A DNA stretch of 64,000 bases from assembly GCA_015064555.1 (NCBI GenBank), contig SVRZ01000004.1:14814-78813 (forward strand). Direction: 5' to 3'. This document shows, in pieces, positions 56,748-64,000 of this stretch. Origin of the DNA: Oscillospiraceae bacterium (GTDB lineage Bacteria; Bacillota; Clostridia; Oscillospirales; CAG-272). The notes beneath the pieces are model-generated. The model did not search any database. It had not been told where the DNA came from and worked only from the letters and a program-made list of their open reading frames with translations. A program made the position numbers and the translations under genes. Numbering within the stretch: the stretch's first letter is position 1; each line of letters begins with the position of its first letter.

Positions 56748-56929
56748 TCAGCCCTGAATTCTTAATTACGGTTAGTATGCACCGCATTTAATTCCGAAAT
56801 ACCACCGCATCTCTATATAATAGAGATACGGAAGCAATTATATGCGATAATTCTAGCATAATGCATATATTCTTGTCAAGATTTTTGGTTATATTTTTTG
56901 TTTTTTTTCATCTTTTATTTAACAATCGG

Positions 56930-56958
56930 TTGACTAATCCGAGAGCCGCATTTATAAT
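56930..56958 (+). promoter_or_regulatory. SigA-type promoter of the beta-helix gene pair
   Basis: TTGACT-17 nt-TATAAT. Confidence 0.55.
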
Positions 56959-57019
56959 GTAGTCAAGGTACTCACAGGCAAACCGATAAGCCTGTCAGAC
57001 GGAAAGGATTATACAAATT

Positions 57020-58468
57020 ATGAAGGATTATTTGCGCTATGAAGATTTTGGAGCAAAGGGCGACGGAATAACCGATGATTTTGCATCTATAATTGCCTGC
57101 CATAATGCCGCAAACGAAAGCGGCATACCGGTTAAGACCGATCCCGATGCAACCTATTACATAGGAGGCTGCGGAGAGTCTGCAATAATAAAAACCGATG
57201 TTGATTTCGGAACATCTAAATTTATAATAAACGATATAAAACTTGAGGATATCAAATCCTACGTCTTTGTTATCGCCTCAGACAATCAGCACTTTGACCC
57301 GGAGATCAAAACACTGAAAAAAGGACAAAAGCATATCGATATGCCGAAAAAAGGGCGATTTTTCGTAAAGGTATTCAATGACGAGCGCCTTATATTTATA
57401 CGAAAGGGACTTAATAAAAACATCGGTACAGCTACGACTGATTGCTTTACGGTAGATGAAAACGGAAGCATTTTTCCCACAGTCGATTGGGATTACCCAA
57501 CCGTTACCCGTGCTACAGCAGTATCAATTGATGATAAGCCCATCACCGTGCGCGGAGGCATATTCACGACTATTGCCAATCGCGAAGAATCCTTCTATAA
57601 CTATCACCACAGAGGATTTATCGTAAAGCGCTCAAATGTTACCATATCGGATATGACACATTATGTTGAGGGCGAGGGCGATCACGGTGCTCCCTATCAC
57701 GGATTTATCAGAACAAAATACGCAGTAAACGTAACTATCAGAAACTGTCTTCTGACAGCAAGATTTATATACCGTACGGCAAGCAAGATCCCCGGGAAGG
57801 ACGTTCCTATGGGATCATACGACCTGAGCTTTGATTCCTCTATCGACGTAAGATGCGAAAACATACGGCAGACGATAGATATAACCGATAGCCGATACTG
57901 GGGTATCTACACCTCTAATTTCTGCAAAAACCTCTCCTTAGTGAACTGCTCTCTTTCCCGTTTTGATGCTCATCAGGGTGTATCAAACGTATATATAAAG
58001 GATTGCGAGTTTGGTCATCAGGCTATGAACCTCATAGGATTCGGAGAAGCCGTTATCGAAAATACGGTAATCAGAGCAAACTCGGCTATAAACCTGCGTT
58101 CAGACTATGGTGCAATATGGGACGGAACCGTTACTATGCGTAATTGCAAGCTCATTCCGAATTCAAAGTCTGCCTCGATCATATCGACACGGAACCGCGG
58201 CGATCACGACTTCGGTTATATATGCACCATGCCGCACACCGTTGATATAAGGGGCTTTGTGCTGGACGATTCGGGAATAGGCGGTGCGGATAACTTTACC
58301 GTGCTTTCTGCCTACGATCCCGAATATAGCGAGGGAAAGCCATATGCTTACGTTCCGGTAAATACTCTGAGCATATGCGGTATAACCACTGTCAGCGGTA
58401 CAGCAGTCACCCCATTAGGAAGTGATGAGCAATACAAGGGCACAACAGTAAACATTTTGGAGGAATAA
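57020..58468 (+). CDS. right-handed beta-helix protein (pectate-lyase-superfamily / GH28-related N-terminus)
   Basis: 482 aa. DFGAKGDGITDDFASIIACHNAA is typical of the Pectate_lyase_3-type domain. No signal peptide. Confidence 0.6.
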   Translation: MKDYLRYEDFGAKGDGITDDFASIIACHNAANESGIPVKTDPDATYYIGGCGESAIIKTDVDFGTSKFIINDIKLEDIKSYVFVIASDNQHFDPEIKTLKKGQKHIDMPKKGRFFVKVFNDERLIFIRKGLNKNIGTATTDCFTVDENGSIFPTVDWDYPTVTRATAVSIDDKPITVRGGIFTTIANREESFYNYHHRGFIVKRSNVTISDMTHYVEGEGDHGAPYHGFIRTKYAVNVTIRNCLLTARFIYRTASKIPGKDVPMGSYDLSFDSSIDVRCENIRQTIDITDSRYWGIYTSNFCKNLSLVNCSLSRFDAHQGVSNVYIKDCEFGHQAMNLIGFGEAVIENTVIRANSAINLRSDYGAIWDGTVTMRNCKLIPNSKSASIISTRNRGDHDFGYICTMPHTVDIRGFVLDDSGIGGADNFTVLSAYDPEYSEGKPYAYVPVNTLSICGITTVSGTAVTPLGSDEQYKGTTVNILEE

Positions 58469-59514
58469 TGATGAAGCGCCTGGATATAAGAAATATAACG
58501 CGCGCTATTCTCGAGTCGGTAAAGCGCCACGAGCTTCCAGAGCCGGGAAGCTATTGTCGCTGGCTGTGGCAGGATGAAAGCGGAAGCCGCGAGCTCGGCA
58601 TAAACGAATACGGATGTGCAGATGCGGCAAATATTCTCTACACACTGAATGAATTCAGGTGTGATGAAAAAACTCGCAAAGCGAGGATCAATGCCCTCCT
58701 CTCTATGCAGGACCGCGAGAGCGGAATGTTCCACGAAAAAACGCATCATACCATACACACCACAGCACACTGTGCTGCGGCACTCGAGCTCTTTGACGTA
58801 AAGCCTCTCTATCCTATGAAGGAGCTACATAAATATACAGACAGGAAGGCTCTCTTTGAATTTCTCGATTCGCTCAATTGGAATTCTCCGTGGACCGAGT
58901 CGCACCAAGGTGCCGGCATCTATGCCGCTCTCGCAAATTCGAGTGAAATAACCAAGGAATTCGAGGACAATTACTTTGAATGGCTGTGGGAGAATACCGA
59001 CCCCGTTACAGGCTTCTGGAAAAAGGGCTACGCAGACCGTGCACAATTTTCGAGTGACAGATACCCCGACGGAAAAAATGCACCCGAATCTGTGTTTTCT
59101 TATATGGCAGGAGGCTTCCACTATATCTTCAATCACGAATATGCAAAAATGCCTCTCAGATACCCCGAAAAAATCATAGATAGCTGTATAGATATGTACA
59201 AAAACGGCGGAATACGCAAAAGCTTTATGCGCGAGATCGATTTCCTCGAGGTCGATTGGATATACTGCCTTAACCGCGCATCAAGGCAGACTCCGCACCG
59301 CCACGCCGAGGTCAAAGAACTTCTTTACGAAGCAGCATCTGTACTGACAGAATACCTTAACAGCATCGACTGCGAAAAGGATGACAGATTTAACGATCTC
59401 CACCTTCTTTTCGGCACCACCTGTGCTCTTGCCGAGCTACAGGCGGCTCTGCCGGGAACTATTATCACCGATAAGCCGCTCAGATTAGTGCTGGACAGAA
59501 GACCGTTTATATAG
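58468..59514 (+). CDS. hypothetical protein (possibly alpha/alpha-toroid fold)
   Basis: 348 aa. The TAATG overlap with the upstream gene suggests translational coupling. Helical-hairpin-like motifs recur (CADAANILYTL, TAHCAAALELF, GAGIYAAL). Confidence 0.5.
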   Translation: MMKRLDIRNITRAILESVKRHELPEPGSYCRWLWQDESGSRELGINEYGCADAANILYTLNEFRCDEKTRKARINALLSMQDRESGMFHEKTHHTIHTTAHCAAALELFDVKPLYPMKELHKYTDRKALFEFLDSLNWNSPWTESHQGAGIYAALANSSEITKEFEDNYFEWLWENTDPVTGFWKKGYADRAQFSSDRYPDGKNAPESVFSYMAGGFHYIFNHEYAKMPLRYPEKIIDSCIDMYKNGGIRKSFMREIDFLEVDWIYCLNRASRQTPHRHAEVKELLYEAASVLTEYLNSIDCEKDDRFNDLHLLFGTTCALAELQAALPGTIITDKPLRLVLDRRPFI

Positions 59515-59737
59515 CCTATATAAAATTCCAATGCCAAAGAAAGATAAGGTAGGAGGCTGAAACGCAGCAAAGCGAAGTTGAGGCCTCTTACCTTATCTAC
59601 GCAGCATTTCGGTCGGATAAAATATGTAAAATACGGTTTCTAAATCTGTCGAAACGGCTGCAAACGCAGGCATTTCGCTTGAGAGCTTTAATTTTGTTGT
59701 TTATTCGTTTGTTTCGATGAAAATCTCAATTTATACG

Positions 59738-60538
59738 TCATATAGAGCGTAAAGCTTTGCGATACTCGTTAATTGAAATACCCATATGATATTTAAAATA
59801 TTTGCAGAGAAGCTCCCTTGAATAAAATCCAAGTTTTTCTGCAATTTCGGCCACACTAAGCTCTTCCGCTTCGCAAAGAGATTTGATATTTTCTAACCTA
59901 TATTTGACTATCTTATTACTTAAATTTTCATTATCTATAGACTTAACTATTCTATTTAAATGCTCACGTGAATATCCGAGTGCATTTGCAACGTCTTCTG
60001 CTGTTATATCATGCTCGGAATTATTTTCAATCCATTTGCAGATATTCTGATAAATACTTACTTCGGAATATGCTGTGGAAAAATATTTATTTAATCCATT
60101 AATTATGTCAAGCAGTATCGCTTCCCTAACACCTTCAATTGTGTTATGAAACGTAAACATTCGGTACAATCGTTCAATGCTTATAAAAATATCGTGTTCA
60201 ACAGTTATTTGCTTTGGCTTTTTCGGAAAAGCTACCTTGAGCCCCGATATTTTAAATACAATTTGTATAAATTCTGTATTCTCATCGCTTTCGATCATTA
60301 CGTTAGAAAACTTGGGCAAAAACAACAAAGCTCCGCGCTCAATATTATCTCCGTTACTCGTTGACAAAGCGCCCTTTATAACCGTCAGTATAGTGTAATA
60401 TTCAGTCACTATACGTTTTTTTATTTTAAAGGAATCGCATTTATATCTAGCGCAATCTATAAGCTGAAGCGTAAAACTTGAGTAAGCGCGGTCGAAGTTC
60501 TCATCATATTTATCATTCTCATTTACAATCTGTAACAT
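59738..60538 (-). CDS. AraC-family transcriptional regulator
   Basis: 266 aa. C-terminal HTH (...VAEIAEKLGFYSRELLCKYFKYHMGISINEYRK). Very low GC. Confidence 0.8.
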   Translation of the reverse strand: MLQIVNENDKYDENFDRAYSSFTLQLIDCARYKCDSFKIKKRIVTEYYTILTVIKGALSTSNGDNIERGALLFLPKFSNVMIESDENTEFIQIVFKISGLKVAFPKKPKQITVEHDIFISIERLYRMFTFHNTIEGVREAILLDIINGLNKYFSTAYSEVSIYQNICKWIENNSEHDITAEDVANALGYSREHLNRIVKSIDNENLSNKIVKYRLENIKSLCEAEELSVAEIAEKLGFYSRELLCKYFKYHMGISINEYRKALRSI

Positions 60539-60646
60539 GTCACATTTTTTCCTGTAATCGTGTATTTTTCCATTGACTTAAATCGCCGTCGATGGTATCC
60601 TATATACAGGTTACTACATTTATATCTTTTTGTCAAGGAGGCAAAT

Positions 60647-62209
60647 ATGAAAATTAAAATTGAGAAGAAATACTTAATTTTTCCTGTAAATGTGTTGACT
60701 TCAAAGAAAAAGGTAACCTTTTCAAATGACGGTCAAACCGTATATGAGCTTATGATGAATCTTGATAACAGAAATCCTGATTTTTCCGCTTACGTTGACG
60801 TATCACGTTTTATTGGCAGGGAGCTTGAGCTTACCGTTAAGCCCGATATGGAGATAAGATACAGAACATCGGATGAGATGGATATTGACGGACTTTATAA
60901 CGAGCTGGTACGTCCTCAGGTTCATTTTACAACAAAGAACGGTTGGAATAACGATCCGAACGGTCTTATATATCTTGATGGAACCTACCATATGTTCTAT
61001 CAACACAACCCCTGCTCTCCCGAATGGGAAAATATGCATTGGGGGCACTCAACGAGTTCCGATCTTATTCATTGGACAGAGCAGCCAATAGCCTTATTTC
61101 CTGATGAAACGGGTATGATGTATTCCGGTAGCGCGATACTCGATACCGAGAACGTTACGGGCCTTGGCACCAAAGAAAATCCCCCTGCGCTTCTTTATTA
61201 TACTGCAACAGCACCGTTTTCTCAGCATTTGGCTTATTCTGTTGATGGTTTTAAAACTATAAAAAAATACAAGAACAATCCGGTGCTTAACCATATATGC
61301 AGATCAAACAGAGATCCTAAGGTAGTTTTTTGCGATGAAATGAAATCCTATCTCATGGTAATATATCTTGAAAAAGATATATACGGATTCTTCCAATCAA
61401 AGGATTTGATATCCTGGACTCTTTTCCAGAAGCTTTCTCTCAGCGGCGACAATGAGTGCCCGGACATCTTTTCGGTTGTAGCATCAAACGGTGAGAAAAA
61501 ATGGGTACTGATGGGAGCACACAATAGATATATTGTAGGCTCTATGAGTGAAAACGGATTTACACCGGAGCAGGAAACACGCTCTCTTCATTACGGAAGC
61601 TCGGCATATGCAGGACAGACATTCTCGGGCATGCCCGATGGCAGAGTAGTAAGAATAGATTGGGATAGATGGCAGGCTGTAAGCAAGAACTTCAAGGGTC
61701 AGATGAGCATTCCTCTTGAGCTTACTTTGGCGGAAAAAGATGGAGTGTACTATCTGTCCGCGCTTCCCGTTAAGGAAATTGAGACACTATACACCAAAAT
61801 GCAAAAGTATTCGGATATAGAAATAAGAGAAAACAGCTCGGTTTCATACGACCTCGAAAAATCGCCTTATGTTGTTAAACTTCAGGTTAAGAATACTGAC
61901 GATATATCCGATTTTACTATTAAGATTTTCGGTAGGGATATCGTGATCAAACCTTCAGAAAACGAATTGAAGTTTGTAAAAGAAACCGTACCGCTTTCGA
62001 TATTTAATGGTTCACTTGATATAACTCTTGTGATAGATAGATGTAGTATAGAAGCATTCCTCGATTGCGGAAAGATATATGCTTCGTTCTTAAACAATAA
62101 CAGTGTACAAGATTATAACGTGCCTTTTATTGAAATCAGCTCAAAGGGCAGTATAAAAATTGATGAGCTTATGCTTATTGCACTTAATTCGATGTGGAAT
62201 GAAAAATAA
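60647..62209 (+). CDS. GH32 beta-fructofuranosidase / fructan hydrolase
   Basis: Start at MKIKIEKK after aaggagg. NGWNNDPNGLIYLDGTYHMFYQHNP (the WMNDPNG motif), RDPKV and an EC motif (NECPDIF). Confidence 0.85.
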   Translation: MKIKIEKKYLIFPVNVLTSKKKVTFSNDGQTVYELMMNLDNRNPDFSAYVDVSRFIGRELELTVKPDMEIRYRTSDEMDIDGLYNELVRPQVHFTTKNGWNNDPNGLIYLDGTYHMFYQHNPCSPEWENMHWGHSTSSDLIHWTEQPIALFPDETGMMYSGSAILDTENVTGLGTKENPPALLYYTATAPFSQHLAYSVDGFKTIKKYKNNPVLNHICRSNRDPKVVFCDEMKSYLMVIYLEKDIYGFFQSKDLISWTLFQKLSLSGDNECPDIFSVVASNGEKKWVLMGAHNRYIVGSMSENGFTPEQETRSLHYGSSAYAGQTFSGMPDGRVVRIDWDRWQAVSKNFKGQMSIPLELTLAEKDGVYYLSALPVKEIETLYTKMQKYSDIEIRENSSVSYDLEKSPYVVKLQVKNTDDISDFTIKIFGRDIVIKPSENELKFVKETVPLSIFNGSLDITLVIDRCSIEAFLDCGKIYASFLNNNSVQDYNVPFIEISSKGSIKIDELMLIALNSMWNEK

Positions 62210-63098
62210 AACATATAGAAAATTAGCCTCATTTGGAGAAATCATTTGGGATATATACGGTGAAGAGAGAAAAATAGGAGGCGCTCCGCTTAATATATGT
62301 GCTCATGCATCTATTTACGGCTTTGATTCATATCTTATTTCAGCTGTAGGCGATGATGAGCTTGGAAGAGAAGCTTTAAACATAATAAAGAACTTCGGAA
62401 TACATCCGGATTATATTGCGTCACTTCCTGATATCCCTACCGGTAGATGCATCGTATCTTTAAATGAAAAAAGAATTCCGGCGTATGATATATCAAAAAA
62501 CGTCGCGTATGACAGAATTTCTGCCATAGAAAAGCTTTCAGGCTTTGACGTTTTGTGTATGGGAACTCTTGCGCTTCGTGAAGACTATAATTTAAACAGT
62601 CTTAAGAAAATCATCAACGATAGCGAATTTTCAGAGATATATGCAGATTTGAATATACGTCCTCCGCATTATTCGAAAAAATCGGTTTGTTTTTGCCTTG
62701 AAAACGCATCTATGCTGAAGATAAGTGATGAAGAGCTACCGTCTGTTTTGAATTTGCTTTCAATAAAGTATAATTCGGTTGAATCTGCCGCTTATGCAAT
62801 TTCAGAGCTATATCCTAAAATAAAGTTGATTATTATAACTCGCGGTGATAAAGGTTCATTTTGCCTTGACACTGTGAGGAATACTACTTATTATTCGGAA
62901 GCTGTTAAAACCAACGTAGTATCAACCGTAGGCGCAGGTGATAGCTTCGGCGCAGCATTTCTGGCAGCTTATTTCAAAGATCACGATATTGAACACGCAC
63001 TGAAAATAGCTTCGCATATAAGCTCATACGTTGTTTCTTCTATAGAAGCGATCCCCAAAGGTACACAAACGATATTCGATAATATTATCAAGTCTTAA
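62199..63098 (+). CDS. PfkB-family sugar kinase (fructokinase-like)
   Basis: The ATG at 62199 overlaps the GH32 stop by 11 nt. GGAPLN, and TVGAGDSFGAAF near the C-terminus. Confidence 0.8.
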   Translation: MKNKTYRKLASFGEIIWDIYGEERKIGGAPLNICAHASIYGFDSYLISAVGDDELGREALNIIKNFGIHPDYIASLPDIPTGRCIVSLNEKRIPAYDISKNVAYDRISAIEKLSGFDVLCMGTLALREDYNLNSLKKIINDSEFSEIYADLNIRPPHYSKKSVCFCLENASMLKISDEELPSVLNLLSIKYNSVESAAYAISELYPKIKLIIITRGDKGSFCLDTVRNTTYYSEAVKTNVVSTVGAGDSFGAAFLAAYFKDHDIEHALKIASHISSYVVSSIEAIPKGTQTIFDNIIKS

Positions 63099-63137
63099 AC
63101 AGATTTATGATATAAATTTATGCTGAATTAAGCAACA

Positions 63138-63183
63138 CAAGAGCAGGAATAGAAGGATTTAATTCCTTTTACTCCTGCTCTTG
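63138..63183. terminator. hairpin between the fructokinase and GPH symporter genes
   Basis: Arms caagagcagga / tcctgctcttg with an inner aagga/tcctt pairing. The U-tracts are weak. Confidence 0.45.
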
Positions 63184-63205
63184 CGCTTATATTTAATGTT
63201 TTTGC

Positions 63206-64000
63206 TTAGGTCATTTCAGATACTTCGCTACTATTTCTCTTCTCAAGATCGGAAATTATCTCTGCATACATTTTTTCATCTATCTTGAATTTCTTTATGT
63301 AGAGGAAAAATCCGACTAGAATGCAGATCAGAGGCAGGATCATCATTGATATTTTCATTATCCAGATCGCCTGATCGGGAGTTGCGTTTATGATCTCCTC
63401 TGCTCTTGCAGGATCTGCTCCTGCCGCATTGGCGATCATATTGATTCCCGAAATGATAAGGGTGAAGGAGATGATACCCTTACTTGCCGCGCCGCCGAAC
63501 TGATTGATAAACGGCTGTACAGCGAAGGATGCCGCCTCATTCCTCTTACCGAGCTTCCACTCGCCGTATTCAACCGCATCGGCAAGGAACAGAAGCATCA
63601 GAAGCTGAATGAACGCCTGAGCAAAGAACAGTCCGAGTCCTGCGAGAACCACCAGAGGAAGGAACTCGAAGGAAAGGAAAAAGATAACGTAGGATACAGT
63701 CACGGCGATCATAGAGCCGGTATAGAGCTGCTTTCTTGAAAACTTCTTCCTGAAGAGAGGAAATACAGAGAGCGCTGTAAGCTGTGCCACCGCAAGCACC
63801 GCTGCAAATACCATATACATATCCTCGTTTTTGTAGGCATACTTGAAGTAATATGTACCGAATCCGGTGGTGGTGCAATAGCCGATCATAAAGAGTGCCA
63901 TAGAAACTGCAGTAACAAGAAGCTGATCGTTTCCAACGAGAGCGCGGAAAAGATCCTTCAGGCCGGTGTGCTCTGTTTTTTCAAGGTATAATCTGTCTTC
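63206..64000 (-). CDS. glycoside-pentoside-hexuronide (GPH):cation symporter, C-terminal part (5' end beyond window)
   Basis: The frame stays open upstream of the Met at 63901 to the window edge (...LKDLFRALVGNDQLLVTAVSMALFMIGY...). Multi-TM protein with a MelB/GPH-like sequence. Confidence 0.75.
   Translation of the reverse strand, partial: EDRLYLEKTEHTGLKDLFRALVGNDQLLVTAVSMALFMIGYCTTTGFGTYYFKYAYKNEDMYMVFAAVLAVAQLTALSVFPLFRKKFSRKQLYTGSMIAVTVSYVIFFLSFEFLPLVVLAGLGLFFAQAFIQLLMLLFLADAVEYGEWKLGKRNEAASFAVQPFINQFGGAASKGIISFTLIISGINMIANAAGADPARAEEIINATPDQAIWIMKISMMILPLICILVGFFLYIKKFKIDEKMYAEIISDLEKRNSSEVSEMT

Noticed and set aside
60560-60646. N-terminal extension of GH32 (MYFSIDLNRRRWYPIY...), and the equivalent extensions of the fructokinase (62160), DJ-1 (42388), serS (28488), murA (55624) and ansA (32409) ORFs.
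   Set aside because: In each case an internal ATG has a good RBS and reproduces the canonical family N-terminus. The extensions have no homology-like features.
1-64000. Mobile elements, prophage, integrases, toxin-antitoxin pairs, rRNA or tRNA genes.
   Set aside because: I scanned all ORFs and intergenic regions. I found no transposase, integrase or recombinase motifs, no terminal inverted repeats flanking genes and no tRNA-like sequences. The only compositional anomaly is the fructan cassette, reported as a finding.

Overview
This 64-kb window looks like core chromosome from an anaerobic, spore-forming Firmicute of class Clostridia. The evidence is spoIIR, a SpoIIIE/FtsK translocase, a Ser T-box leader, an electron-bifurcating-type [FeFe] hydrogenase cluster and SigA-type promoters. 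Hand-sampled GC is about 47-52% in the bulk of the window.

I support about 50 CDS:
- Hydrogenase cluster: a hydrogenase-like putative sensor, DRTGG, PHP and GHKL-ATPase genes, then a small 2Fe-2S ferredoxin, hydB and hydA.
- Metal handling: an operon of two G3E-family P-loop genes.
- Cell envelope and translation: trmL, an ATP-grasp ligase and murE in one operon; secA plus two membrane proteins; pepF; serS under a T-box with a guanylate-kinase-like gene; murA; pdxK.
- Other metabolism and housekeeping: fba, ddh, ansA, spoIIR, smpB, a glycerophosphodiesterase with a large glycosidase-like gene, ftsK/spoIIIE, DJ-1, a TtcA-like gene, cysE and yajC.
- Secreted proteins: a 1,682-aa and a 774-aa protein with no recognisable anchor.
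- Sugar use: a low-GC fructan cassette (AraC, GH32, fructokinase) next to a GPH symporter.

I found no rRNA, tRNA, CRISPR array, transposase or integrase.

The items I would follow up first:
1. A COG0523 metallochaperone with a five-fold tandem His/Asp/Glu/Cys array, paired with a non-canonical G3E protein that carries a CC..D-motif C-terminal domain.
2. A tandemly duplicated 42-bp compound palindrome in the leader of the giant secreted-protein gene.
3. A stand-alone 1,256-aa DUF4011-type SF1 helicase with a nuclease-like C-terminus, as a defence candidate.
4. The uncharacterised four-gene regulatory-looking module upstream of the hydrogenase genes.
5. An ATP-grasp ligase translationally coupled to murE.

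All functional calls come from by-eye motif recognition. No database search was possible.
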